Below the pieces are notes generated by a model, which was given only the letters and a program-made list of their open reading frames with translations, searched no databases and had not been told where the DNA came from. Below, one piece after another: positions 42,601 to 48,556 of a stretch of 64,000 bases of DNA (positions are counted from its first letter, which is position 1; each line of letters starts with the position of its first letter). Origin of the DNA: an uncultured Planctomycetaceae bacterium (lineage in GTDB: Bacteria > Planctomycetota > Planctomycetia > Planctomycetales > Planctomycetaceae); NCBI GenBank assembly GCA_963976765.1, contig CAXBME010000014.1:124001-188000 (forward strand), read 5' to 3'. The position numbers and the translations under genes were made by a program.

Positions 42601-45600
42601 AGCGTGTCATCGCCTGCCGTGCCGTCGATGTTGACCTGCGAAACAGCTCCCGCCGGTACAGCCGAGACGACCACGCCACCAATCAGGACTTCGATGTTAT
42701 CAATGCCGCCGCTGACTGTGCGGCGAACTTCAAACGAGTCGTCGCCCGCAGTACCGGTAATATCCAGCGGACCGGCTCCGACGATGACGACGTCATTCGC
42801 GTTCGAGCCACCAGCGTAGGTGATCGCTCCGGTGAAGTTTCCAATCGTGACCGTTGCCCCTTCCGCGAAGTTGGCGAACGTGCCGACGACCGCATCGGTT
42901 CCGTCGTTGTTGATGATGACCAGCTCTTCGCCGCCCAACTGAGCCGCACCCATGCTGGACAGATTCAGCGTGGCTGTTCCGCCCAGAGTCACCGTGCCGG
43001 TCACGTCAATCTGATCGTAATCCGTACCGGCGGTCGTGTACGGATTCTGAATTTCGATATCCAGTGTGCCGCCTGACAGATTCAGGTCGCCGGTTGCCAG
43101 AATTCCGGGGCTGTTGCCGGGAGCGGTGTTGCCGCTGGTCTGGCTGACCGGTCCAGCGATCGACCCCGTGCCTACCAGCGAACCGCCGCTGACAGTCACC
43201 TGACCCAGTGTTTCGGTCTGGCCGTTGACATCCAGCGTGCCACCGGTGGCCACAACGATCACCGTGTTGTCGCCGACAGAGGTTCCATTCCCCAGGTCAA
43301 ACTCACCGTCTGAGATCTCCAGAGTCCCGGCTCCGGCATCGACGCTGGTCACACTGAGGGAATTCGCTTCGGTGAGGAACTGATCGCCGTCCGAAGACGA
43401 AGAATCAGTGACGAGGCTGGTTGCCGCCAGCGAAATCGAATCGCCCGTTGCTCCAATGTCGCCGGTGGTTGCGTCCAGAGTCTGCAGCGTGATTGCTCCG
43501 CCGCTGATGTCCAGCCCGACGTCCCCACCGTCGGTGATCGCTCCGGTTCGAGCGATCAGAGCAACGTCGTTCGTTCCGGCATTCAGACCGGTAACCGAAA
43601 TCGAGCCGCCGACAATTATGATGTCATCCAGGAAGGTCGAGGCGTTGACATCCACCGCCCCTGTTCCCGCCACAGCATCCCCAATCGTGATCGAGTTGAA
43701 GCCGTCCTGCAGGAAGCCGAGTTCCGTGGCATCCAGATTCAACGTGCCCGTGGCGCCGTTACCTAAGCCGATCGTTGTGTTCGCTGTTCGTGGCAGGATC
43801 GTCAGATCGCCGTCAGACTCAACGCTGAGTGTGCCACTGAATGCAATTTCGTCGGCGTTAATAGTGATTGGCCCCGTCGCTGCAGGACCACCGATGATGC
43901 TTGTCATATTGGCGTCGAAGTCCGTCGCATTCGCGGCGTCCGCGGTGACAATGATCGGTCCGCCGCCGGTCGACAGAAGTCGTCCCGACAAGACAACTGC
44001 TCGCCCGTTACCCGTTTGAGTTCCGTTCACGGTCAGTGTTCCGGAATTCACGCTGACTACGCGGTCCGCTGACACACTCACACCGAAGTCAGACGTCGAA
44101 TTCGACGCGGTGGTCCCGTCGAGGGTCACGTTTCCTGTTCCGGTTGCTGCGATGTTGCCGGCAAACGAGACGATAAGACCAATATCACTGTCTGATGTAC
44201 CGGTGATGTCAATCGATCCGTCGACCGTCGTCACGGGCCGTGTCACTACGACGCCCAAAGCTCCATTCGTTCCGTTGCCCACAATATTGACGGTTCCGTT
44301 TCCAGTCGTCGTAACACCACTAGAGGTGGTCTCGACGTAAACCGCACTCCGATTTGATGCACTGGAACTGGAATCGCCGCGAACACTGATATTCCCACCG
44401 GCGGCAGTAAGTGTGCCGTTGACTGATACGCCGTTCGCCGTACTCGATGAAGCTGGATTGTTCAGAGGATCGGCCCCGCCGCCCAGCGTGATGTTGCCAC
44501 CGCCGCTGTTGATCGTAGAACCACTGCCAACGTGGATGGAGCCGCCACCGGTGGCGTCGCGGTCCGAGTTCAACGTGACCGCGCCTCCAGCCGTTGAAAT
44601 GTCACCTCCGCCGGATGACTGAATGCTGCCATCTGTAGCCAGTGACACAGTTCCTGACCCGGACGTGGTGAGTGCACCATCGATGCTCGTGAGCCCTGTG
44701 CCAGCTGTCTGTGTAATGCTCGTATTGGCCTCAACCGTTACATCTTCCAGGTCCAGATTATTCGCGTTGGTGATCGTCAGGCCGGCGATCGGCTGAGCTC
44801 CGCCGACCGCTCCCTGCAGATCCACATCCCCGCCCGTTCCGGCGTTGATCGTCAGCGAGTTGCTCTCTGCCACCGTGTCGTTGATCGTCCCCGTGACCGT
44901 GACATCCGCTCCGCCCGCGGAACCACCAGCATTGGTTGTGTCGATGGTCACGCTGTTACCCAGCACGACGTTGCCGTTCAGGTCGACTGTTCCCCCCTGA
45001 GTCGTGACGCCCGCATCCAGAGTGATCGTCTCGGCGGTGTAGTCCAGCGTCTGAGCCGCTCCAAAGCTCAACGCACTCAGAATATCGATGGTGTCCGTCC
45101 CGCCTTCCGCGTTGATATTCTCGACAGTCGCGGAAACGTTGAAGTCGTCATTCCCGTTCCCGCCCCTCAACACGAACGCCGAAGCCGCTGTCACGTTAAA
45201 CGTGTCCGCGTCTGTACCACCCTGCAACGTCGCGAAGCCGCTGAAGGAAGCGGAGTTCGCTCCAACCGTGACCGTCGGAGTCCCGTCCAGATCCCACGTC
45301 GACACCGCATTCTGACCGGTCAGCGTGCCGCCGTTGCCGATGAAGACGTCAACCGCATTAAAACCGTTGGCGATACTGTTTTCCGAGCCGGTAAAGCCGT
45401 TCCCGAAGCCGCCAGTAAGAATCACGGCGTCGATCAGATCACCCTGAAGCGTATCAATACCGGATTCACCAAAGACAAATCCGCTGCCCGTAATGGCCGC
45501 GTCGATATCAAAGATGTCATTGCCGCCGCCGCCGGACAGCACAGATCCCGTCGAGACGGTCACATTAAACGTGTCTACGCTGGAGCCGCCCTGTAGAATC

Positions 45601-47846
45601 GCAAAGCCGCCGAAGGCAACCGAGTTGCCACTCACCGTGACCGTCGGTGTGCCATCCAGATCCCAGGTTGCGGTTGCGTTCGGCCCGGTCAGAGTCCCGC
45701 CGTTGCCTGTAATGGTCTCGACATTTGCAAAGCCACCAGTCACCGACGCTTCAGTCCCGTCCGCCCCGTTGGCGTCCAGTGTGGTAATTGTCGCGGCGTC
45801 GATCAGATCGCCCTGCAACGTATCATTGCCCGCTTCGCCATCAGCAGCACCCGTCAGCACAGCATCGATATCAAAGACGTCGGCACCAGTTCCGCCAAAG
45901 AGATTAAACGCCGAGGCCGCCGTCACATTGAACGTGTCCGCACTGGTCCCGCCCAGCAGAGTCGCGAAGCCGCTGAAGGCTACCGAGTTGCCACTCACCG
46001 TGATCGTCGGAGTGCCGTCCAGCCCCCAGGTCGCGGTTGCGTTCGGCCCGGTCAGAGTGCCACTGTTGCCGGTGAGCGTCTCGATGTCAGAGAATGAGTT
46101 GCCGCCGGTGTAGGTTCCGTCTCCGCCGTTTCCGTCGACCGTGTTGATTGCCGCACTGCTGCCAAGGGCCGAGATGTCCAGTGTGTCGCTGCCCGTTCCA
46201 CCGTTAAAGGTCACGGGATCTGCCAGAGCGTTGCCGATGGTCAGGGTGTCGTTGCCAGCCAGCACGTTGAAGATGATCGAATTGATACCCGCATCCGGGA
46301 AAGTGACCGTCGCTGTGCCGTTGCCGGTCGATCCGGGGATCGCCGAAGCGTCGATCCGCAGCCCGCCCCCGTCCGTCAGGGTATAGATGCCGCCAGCGTG
46401 GCTGATTGTCAGGTTGTCTGCTGAATTACCGCCGTTGTCATCGGTAATGGTCACGACGCCGCCAGCGAACGAAACATCCGTGTCAGAAGGCGTGATCGTG
46501 ATGGAGAATGTCTGGTTGTCCAGCGAGTTGGCGCTGGAATCGCTGACGTCGGCCTGGAACGAGTCGGTTGTGGTTTCGGTACCGTGGTGGTCGTACTTCA
46601 GCCGGTTGGCGTTGATGTCGGCCTGGGTGAAGGTTTCTGCAACGACCAGAATCTCAGCCTCGCCGTCCGGCATGTTATTGCCGTTGGCATCGATGTAGAG
46701 CGTTCCGTTGGCGGGGACGGCGTCCAGCGTGTACGTCACCGCCGCTGCGGCGTCCGTTTCGTCCTCGTATTCCAGAACGGCCATTCCAATCACATTGGCC
46801 CGGCTGCCTTCGTTGACCGTCAACCCGGCGTTCGTCGTCTGAGTGGGAGCCGTCGTGTCGCCACCAGCCGAGACGGTCAGCGTGTTTCCTGGTGCTGGAA
46901 CCGTTCCTGCCAAAGCCGCGAAATTGAACCCGGTGTCGTTCGAGGCCCAGTTGGCAGAATTGCCGATCCGAGCCAGCCACGTTCCCTTGTCGGCTGCTGT
47001 GGCAGGGCCGTTGTAGACATAGTTGTCTACCTCACCAAGCGCCGTCGCGAGACCGTTGGCAGTGGTCGGTGCCGTCAGGCCGGGCGGGAGTTGCGAAGTT
47101 TGATTCCCGGTCAACCCACCCACATCCTGCCAGCCATCCGCAGGAGTCGTGTCAATGCCACTAAAAGTCGTTGCGTCGTTCGCGTTAAGTGCGGAGATAA
47201 ATGTCGGGGCACTCTCGGTGTCATTATCGGCCGTCTGATAGATCAGAATCTGATCCCCGCTGCCCGTATCGAAACTTCCCACACCACTGAGCGTGCCAAA
47301 ACTTGGTCCGATAAAGCCCGGTTCGTCGCGACTGATCCGGATAATCTCGCCAGCAGAGATAGTGCTCGCTGGAGTCGTCCAGGTGGTCACAGTTTCCAGA
47401 CCGCCTGCTGGACGCAATGCCGTTCCTTCCCAGCCACGGTCCGTCAGGAAAACTGTCGTGTTGGCCGGAATATCCGCCAACGCGACGACCATGAAATCGT
47501 TTGTGTCGGCGCTGTAGCCCACCACCGCAAGGTCACCCGCCGTCAGATTCACCGTCAGTAGTGTGCGGTCTTCCAGCTGCTCGGTCACCTGAGCCACGTC
47601 AGCCGTCGACCACGCCTGACGCTGAAAACGACGACTGTCATTCGTCCAGCGAGGACCAACATTGAACGAGTGCCACAACCCCTCGCGAATATCACCACTC
47701 GGCCTGGCGTACGAGGTTGACGAAGCCCCCATTACTCCCGCCGGATGAGTGTAGCGGTTGCCTCTGTACTTACGGCTCAGTCGTCGACGGGCGCTGGCGT
47801 TGCGGATGCGGTTGGAAACTGTCGTCAGCCATGAACTAAGAATCAT
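24681..47846 (-). CDS. Giant 7721-aa multidomain exoprotein/adhesin
   Basis: Uninterrupted 23 kb ORF. Order: MILSSWL..RRR..EQLEDRTLL planctomycete export-type motif; cadherin-like TFTQADIN domain; G/T/A/N-rich beta-helix-like repeats; APGNSPG passenger motif; 7 golvesin/CBM-like domains alternating with 6 choice-of-anchor-D/Ig-like domains; HELGH zincin; GGxGxD RTX repeats. Confidence 0.95.
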   Translation of the reverse strand: MILSSWLTTVSNRIRNASARRRLSRKYRGNRYTHPAGVMGASSTSYARPSGDIREGLWHSFNVGPRWTNDSRRFQRQAWSTADVAQVTEQLEDRTLLTVNLTAGDLAVVGYSADTNDFMVVALADIPANTTVFLTDRGWEGTALRPAGGLETVTTWTTPASTISAGEIIRISRDEPGFIGPSFGTLSGVGSFDTGSGDQILIYQTADNDTESAPTFISALNANDATTFSGIDTTPADGWQDVGGLTGNQTSQLPPGLTAPTTANGLATALGEVDNYVYNGPATAADKGTWLARIGNSANWASNDTGFNFAALAGTVPAPGNTLTVSAGGDTTAPTQTTNAGLTVNEGSRANVIGMAVLEYEDETDAAAAVTYTLDAVPANGTLYIDANGNNMPDGEAEILVVAETFTQADINANRLKYDHHGTETTTDSFQADVSDSSANSLDNQTFSITITPSDTDVSFAGGVVTITDDNGGNSADNLTISHAGGIYTLTDGGGLRIDASAIPGSTGNGTATVTFPDAGINSIIFNVLAGNDTLTIGNALADPVTFNGGTGSDTLDISALGSSAAINTVDGNGGDGTYTGGNSFSDIETLTGNSGTLTGPNATATWGLDGTPTITVSGNSVAFSGFATLLGGTSADTFNVTAASAFNLFGGTGADVFDIDAVLTGAADGEAGNDTLQGDLIDAATITTLDANGADGTEASVTGGFANVETITGNGGTLTGPNATATWDLDGTPTVTVSGNSVAFGGFAILQGGSSVDTFNVTVSTGSVLSGGGGNDIFDIDAAITGSGFVFGESGIDTLQGDLIDAVILTGGFGNGFTGSENSIANGFNAVDVFIGNGGTLTGQNAVSTWDLDGTPTVTVGANSASFSGFATLQGGTDADTFNVTAASAFVLRGGNGNDDFNVSATVENINAEGGTDTIDILSALSFGAAQTLDYTAETITLDAGVTTQGGTVDLNGNVVLGNSVTIDTTNAGGSAGGADVTVTGTINDTVAESNSLTINAGTGGDVDLQGAVGGAQPIAGLTITNANNLDLEDVTVEANTSITQTAGTGLTSIDGALTTSGSGTVSLATDGSIQSSGGGDISTAGGAVTLNSDRDATGGGSIHVGSGSTINSGGGNITLGGGADPLNNPASSSTANGVSVNGTLTAAGGNISVRGDSSSSASNRSAVYVETTSSGVTTTGNGTVNIVGNGTNGALGVVVTRPVTTVDGSIDITGTSDSDIGLIVSFAGNIAATGTGNVTLDGTTASNSTSDFGVSVSADRVVSVNSGTLTVNGTQTGNGRAVVLSGRLLSTGGGPIIVTADAANATDFDANMTSIIGGPAATGPITINADEIAFSGTLSVESDGDLTILPRTANTTIGLGNGATGTLNLDATELGFLQDGFNSITIGDAVAGTGAVDVNASTFLDDIIIVGGSISVTGLNAGTNDVALIARTGAITDGGDVGLDISGGAITLQTLDATTGDIGATGDSISLAATSLVTDSSSSDGDQFLTEANSLSVTSVDAGAGTLEISDGEFDLGNGTSVGDNTVIVVATGGTLDVNGQTETLGQVTVSGGSLVGTGSIAGPVSQTSGNTAPGNSPGILATGDLNLSGGTLDIEIQNPYTTAGTDYDQIDVTGTVTLGGTATLNLSSMGAAQLGGEELVIINNDGTDAVVGTFANFAEGATVTIGNFTGAITYAGGSNANDVVIVGAGPLDITGTAGDDSFEVRRTVSGGIDNIEVLIGGVVVSAVPAGAVSQVNIDGTAGDDTLTVNYNGTGGFFTTPIVFDGGAHTTGDDIVINSVGLEIDTLQHNFVDNNSGSFVATEGAQTQTTTYSNIEPITDNVSAVNRIFSFTGGTETITLDASGALDNRIDSTLGESVDFVNPTTSLTILTTAGTGADTVNVQGLDANFDANLTITAETDDSVVFQTATTDIDTGNLSVTAGTITGTGAAVIVGGTTTLTAGTGTINLNNAGNDFQGNVTVVSGGTTTIRDTNALTLADSSTSGTTTLTAGTNLTLNNLNASGQTVSLTATAGSIIDGNGGTNNLTATSLTASAATGIDLDTTITTLASATTTGSGAINISDSAGGLNVTSVSSNDGTVTLNATGGNLTIGTSVSAGGNNNVLLTTTTSGNVILTGTTSAAANQVTITSAAGINGAGLVVASTIDLNAASGIGNTTQLELIGSTITADTTTGNVDIDNALATATVYTSISTDTGSITVDNSGGGAATFTSVTTNGNIDLENTGANLTATSVVAGGSGNITLTTTTSGDVLVGLVDAAGDAVTITAAGAIEESGVDGAVDIDGEDLNLTAVTGIGHAATIEIDGFATGTHGLTATVTGTGNIDVSDETGSLRVLNAMTNDGSITIQATAGDLTVETATAGGANNLTLTTVGGTRDITIQDLDATGDTVIITATGAIVDGGAGQEITAANAALRATTGIGSGDALETTVSNLAFSNTTSGNVEISNTAGLTINSVDGQATSSNVGAGTTTLTASSPVTFAVNTSSGGNLTANATEDAGAATNDDVTVNAGVTVQSTAGDVTFNAGDDIVIAATGVVQATAAGGDVTLNAGVGDNDNQATMTLDGTVSANTTNGVVTLNLGAGGAASPALQGATGMITADGLRLLSAGANGSFDLSSSSTNDVNTIAAATTGLINFRDDDGVTVGTVGGTVGITTSDDAVTLNSSNGAGGTITVSQAITTAGAGTTGTVELNGNVVVNASLTAAGGTITLNGQNAATSDLIINAAVTSAASIDWTVQRDIIVNATVQTTAANSDITLTADSDADALGGVRVTTAGQINAVDEVTITGSDLFASGAGAAPIDSVDIQQDGANAQVTAGGNIGIARGGAAPATADIRVAGIVQSTGAGNVTINANNDLVITVDGDVTSAGGNLDLDAGRDILIDGSAQITTTGAGTIDGTAVRAISVAGAATLIQTVNGNLTMLANAGGVAGNFVGLTVNNSVVQTTGTGNIVLTGSGGDDAATSVHYGVFLTNGASVNSTASGATAGTITINGTGGDGTVNNYGVIVFGATTDVTSVDGAIFITGTGGSGTGSGNAGVVLDTIEAISSTGTGANAATITIGGTGGSGTTNNYGVFLGGTSTNVTSVDGAIAITGTGTGAGTDNDGVFITSGITLAVNATGIATTTLTGTGSAAEDGVQIDSPISSNTGFVTIQSADDTIRFGAAGDVTSTSGIVTIDADTTNSGNGSVFMANGAVINAGSGLIDIDADVNVTLGGLVTTGEVQINAVAGAIIDGGNANVDITAATAQLLAATGIGDAGDTNGQLDTAANGASLTIAASTESGDINVTNTGHLIVGTVNGTVGVTIIDAAADEGGDDITLIASSPLTVNTPVVDNAGGDITLTATNDGGNDDDLTINANVTATGGNGFIDLNAGTDLFVQNNAVVSTVGAGAITGDAVRQMVITSTNAAVQSADGSITLNANQGVAQNFAFDGLVIDGGAEVTTANGAIALNGRGGTTAGNDGVHIGGAGAGNTGTVNVTGATGTITIVGTGNATGTAEGVIIENAGSVISSTGGAIQITGISTAGDDGVEITGADITATNAATITLMGTGGNGLATGMGISIDGGGTSAITSDAGNIQLTGIGGTDDGIAVNSAIVSSNTGTITLNGTGGTGGNSDGVIVIGNSAQITSGNNIAITGVATNGDGVEIASGITSPIDATGAATITVTGTGGGGNVAVQIDSPIDSATGAVTFRALNGGTTTDDITFGAAGDVTSTSGLVTIDADTAGGTGDVFMADGAVINAGTGQIDIDADLDVTLGSIQTTSTTESSIDIRTAGGGVIDGGDTDTDIVIGAGGTLSILARRGVGSANAIDTDMTTTTIGVLNTMTGNIQIDNSTAAFATSLLTVETVNGRVGIENSATSGTVVLTNASAITVADNITSGGDIIITLNDNAGFIDDLTVNGRNSANTADLLISTTSNGSITFNVGDDAVVNGDITVAGAASRVTFNMDPSAGDAEAASNANDGATLTIATDPASDVSVITTNSAGNAAAGTFINGGDQNDTFNFGPQPTTDFVVNGNPPVFGDADVPPGDILNLDLVNVTRGNAILTIGDPDVGDDAAAGTFTFQNPETEQSVRYTSIETVSAVDSTNPMTDADYHLVVDLGIVGPRAAGASTLGYQDGTADTVDIRLNAAGSGDVEVRIDDGAGAVQVFAGQNDQILSLTVIGTDDDETVVLTETAAGLPSFSTLDEDAGMNSIALAAPAINNTANNGGVSQGSHLGTAFETHIDREPVVDANGALDIEANHVTLHFEGGAGVNALRFDLLTDKDFSYFSDLVDAGNSGNIGIVDDVSNQINLAISFANLSPIDINGAGGDLRIDATDTPATYQLTINDVGGADGDTQIVGDNGFETTNFSGFANVEIYGGTGSEIIDLVSVDGATPANAGAEALVTLRLDGDNTGNAGQGAGSAQIGTDTAADRIHVRSLPGTVDLTIFGGAGDDQFEIFSADTAGDSANTVDLILGQIFISPTAGSGASGEDSQDEGGTDSLTIVDRADTSGDTVRFTHSGSIGGGDGVATIDGLFDAGTGVDLTVNVNINELIFVGTDGADTLELNFGGIRHDLDNIEIYAAGGQDIFDFENGTDTPAGATILLDGDERATDPTVPANTGINNDTIDFSAFTTARTVTLTGVGPTSVTLTAGTAFTVAAAPATTATLLNALDNNTVDYPAAGTDILVISGTDTDGNPFSTNFSVNSATTIQNLLDAINAEFDGAVVTLNGAGELVVTANATGPVSLALSINDRVGNTGATTFPTMNVTDDGLGGSNETLQTATALTLEVGGGNAVGTTLLNALASNAAAVGGVNYDGAGGAGADTIVISGVDTTGNAVSATLANVNATTTVNDLLGAINGAFTGATATLANGIITLRADAEGTFPLALVINDGATSDGSTRWDNHIFVQTTLGTATVVDGFTGSETSINGTFTNIDSLRGRDGAGDTLIAADLNNHWDLFDTPLAADSARGNNLGGFQGMDHGNLVASRSTADARIGGATTVGRPTALVLSVPIVATFPEQDLIFASFENLVGGSLSDHFDLRDGASVSEFVDGAGGNDSIDYRDYTSSVLVDLFTGTATNINGGAAGGLVAGTGGGTDDNSIENAIGGSANDFIAGDNDDNILGDGPGSDYLNGGGFRANEPAAGALPGTPGFIGAGTSGNDIFRIEPLGGSADIIQDIAGSDTVDFRFATAGIGNGTTSFDMDITSDGLGVGAPQTVNSDGGANTVDFRRITTPLTVDPDAVGAAVIPQPETASSFIENFIGSTFNDYIFIDPLSLSGNFPVGSPPVARSVDGNNPPNATILGGTDPIPAGDTLDFDSKGRIVLDTGLSLTAVGVGTVAYRDIETLLPFENAPARVLNNSDVGFKLTGDGQHPTPGIGWDLVPNAAATGGSQYELQSASDSHTATWLFDGVTPGLYRVSATWADQAFDAGGVKLSSAAPFSILDGDQVVARELMDLETLPDDFTDVGSTWEDIGGLVWISSNSLSVVLDPADGQTVVADSIRIERVSIETTQLSSAAAMGAMTLDVVDATVFPAPNFQLRVGAETVTVSAVNVLTNQLTLTAGLAAAHSAGEFTQVVRPEIEVQVGKALILDGNGELDFGITRVGSAIEKTVRIVNNGIGDLTVTAGAVPAGFTSTLAAGPTTIAAGATLTFGITMDAGTVGDFAGDFLFTTNDLDEDEFSFRIAGAVADSTIIDDEDAAFATVSGDWSHTVGAGFEGDYTSNSVGDGGTSTWTFTGLTPGNYRVSATWPQTDFAGDTLSIFNNLSSEARYRVFDGAVGAATLADILLNQKSTPDDLSADGGLFEDIATSIAVTGTTLTVQLNNNSNTGAVIADAIRIERLPDQILTVTTDGGATNVVDDTTTVSFGAPLTAAPVTKTFTLTNTSAAGNNITLTGPITPPPGFSLSQSSVFGTDATAVVLMPGDSTSFVLQFDSGVSGAATGRVSITTDVPTSNPFDFIVTGSGSPQFVDNSDAGFSVPNGTIQTATVLVPDGVWNLFSNTGQSSGGDYLVKTQGTGTDLARWTFNVTPGIYQVSATWPGNALATTAAAFNLYETAGGTSLQSVSANQQTRPDGFLDSDTFWEDLGTPITVTTNTLVVELSDLFANGNYVNADSVRIERITDPEITVTNGGANLIDGTSTVNFGVTTAGTPIVQTFIVQNLGARNMFVDPASLAASVAAIPGFSLTTSFTSTEIAPGGSSVFQVQLDGTTGGRFSGTIEFNADDFDEQLFEINVFGDVLAAGAGATIIDDNDAGFTVPNGSFSPANVRPGVGFGGDASSPTTPAGGAFASLYAGSPTDEANYTFTGLTPGGLYRLSATWPVLGAFEASNTTFSVFAGSTAGTLLGTVQLNQRIAPDDFTTGGFGFEELMGPFTLPAGETTLVVQINDIANGIVVVDAIRLDALSMSEIAVAQGVTPLTSGTSTVDFGTVAPTNPVTRTITVSNNGNANLNLTGIRLPNGFTSTFTTTTIAGGGSANFDVVMVADTVGDFFGDVVLTSDDSNQSDFRFSVSGAVTNVTIVDNGDAGYVDSGFQTGTEAAAFGSDVDIPTTPGGALDTADWTISGLTPGVYRVAATWATRGHSAVSNAPFTIHDGATAAAATLATVLIDQSQNPDDFADDGAFWEYLGDPITITGTELTVRLTDANGLVLADAIRVEPVTTAEIGVSLTVGGAAVADGGRIDFGEIAQGADAAAGTINVTITNQGVAPLELGNVVLPAAGYTVTAFSSTSLAAGQTATFDIVLSTAAAGTFAGVISIGNNDSDEDPFDIIVTGTVSDTLIIDDGDAGFTPIGTGWNSSSPGFDGDVQTTNVATDTATWVFSNLQNNGRYQVSAAWPAGIAGTTVANATYTLSGGATGSATFNQNLAPEDALNAIFGTVVDRDETFANIGDVFVQSGTTLTVTLSAVGAGNLVADAVRLELLDRPEVRVTQGTTNVVDGGTFDVGTADVGTPTQTTFTITNDGSQDLILGTTLTLPAGYSLVNPSAPTLFDGATATTVTAGNSVSFDLQLDAVTANTFVGVMSFTSNDADETPFEVNVTGTASVAIAFDGGATALIVDNTSENFSSVNSANKPWGADRPVGFMAGQVTSGVAGGETATWTAGIAAGTSRVSTTWFAQAFAQTQAEYRIYDGTTAGTLLGTVFVDQHVDPSISEVSVGTPTNFVPGTSFMASGATWLELGEFAFGSGTVTVQLVNSQGRIAIADAVRFSAPGTLDAEDIGPALPVEPDLMQENLPAIFDAALNIWEASGQATAEQMAQLRLVYPVITDLSLTQVGQLSGGVLSLDFNAAGHGWFVDPTPNDNSEFNTLASLTQRNAGGNSHAVGDIDLLTVVLHELGHVLDKPDLDPVSNPTDLMANTLPTGVRRLPESVNATTSTASGDVVVDLPATDGHVDVSLFDGYLVIQSNQTILERINVAAAQTLTINGTDGVDNFRIDLDQSGDLDLAAIFVHGYGDDDEIVLDGVPQLLTGSVAIDGGSGNDRIEVRSGQRTTITLSGSDGDDTVYGGMGDDSIDGGAGDDMLFGGSGNDRVNGGIGNDVIQGNTGDDTLVGNDGDDNIHGGSGHDVLTGGAGNDSLSGQGGNDTLIGHDGDDVLNGGAGRDALSGGDGQDQLRGGSQNDLLAGGIGNDELMGNSGHDTLAGEDGDDSLNGGQGQDAVDGGAGNNFIFGQDTVDSLFGASGLRDELLRNPQEDVPELASGSDTFIAVTDDSPAVPENDTENDPAPTPVVDIDFNLFAEWIDLV

Positions 47847-48297
47847 TCTTAATATTCCTTCAAGGATCCGGGTTCAAAGGTATTTCGTGAAGCCGGAACT
47901 CAAGGGCGAGTCCGACCGTGTTTCTGTCTTCAATTTCGCAGGCTGGGACGTGTCCCAGCAGGTTTCAAGTGCCTGGACAATTCCCAGCCTATGGATACTC
48001 GTGTGTTCCGCCGCCCTGTTGCCATTCCTACCAGGGAGGACACGCTGTGTCTCGTTATTTGCTCGTCCTGCTTGTTGTTTTCGTTCAAAACTGCAACACA
48101 TACACAAAACAACACTGTCTACGTACATGGCCGTAGACGGTGGACAGTCAGCGCGAGTAGACACCGCGCATAGACCTCGGGCACTCCCGATACCGCTCGT
48201 AAATCGTTTCCTGAAATTGCCTTGTGATGATCCAGCAATACACTCTGCTCACTGACTGGAGGCTACTTTTGAATGTGATAGTTAAGTCATATACACA

Positions 48298-48478
48298 TCT
48301 TGTGCCTGTCCGGATGATTTCGAGTCTTTTGTGATTATTCGATCACAGACCAGCCGAAATCGTCAGCAACAGCAGGCATCGCCCAATGTTTTGCCCGGCG
48401 CGAGAGTTACGGCCTGGCAGTAGCCGCTGCTGAAACCGAGGTTCAAACTCACGGCAGAAATGAGGTCACCCCCACAGA
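48298..48478 (+). ncRNA. Candidate 6S RNA-like rod
   Basis: About 180 nt directly upstream of and co-oriented with the 5-formyl-THF cyclo-ligase gene; folds by hand into closing stem, central bubble and apical stem. Not confirmed by a covariance model. Confidence 0.3.
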
Positions 48479-48556
48479 GCCGACGATTTGAAAACGTTCT
48501 CTGACCCTGGTATCGTGCCGGCTTGGCTGACCACGAAACACCGAGGAGCATCGGGC

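Noticed and set aside
24712..47561. Dozens of plus-strand ORFs over the giant gene
   Set aside because: Antisense shadows caused by biased codon usage of the 7721-aa CDS.
48436..48450. tRNA T-arm-like GAGGTTCAAACTC
   Set aside because: No cloverleaf or acceptor stem around it.
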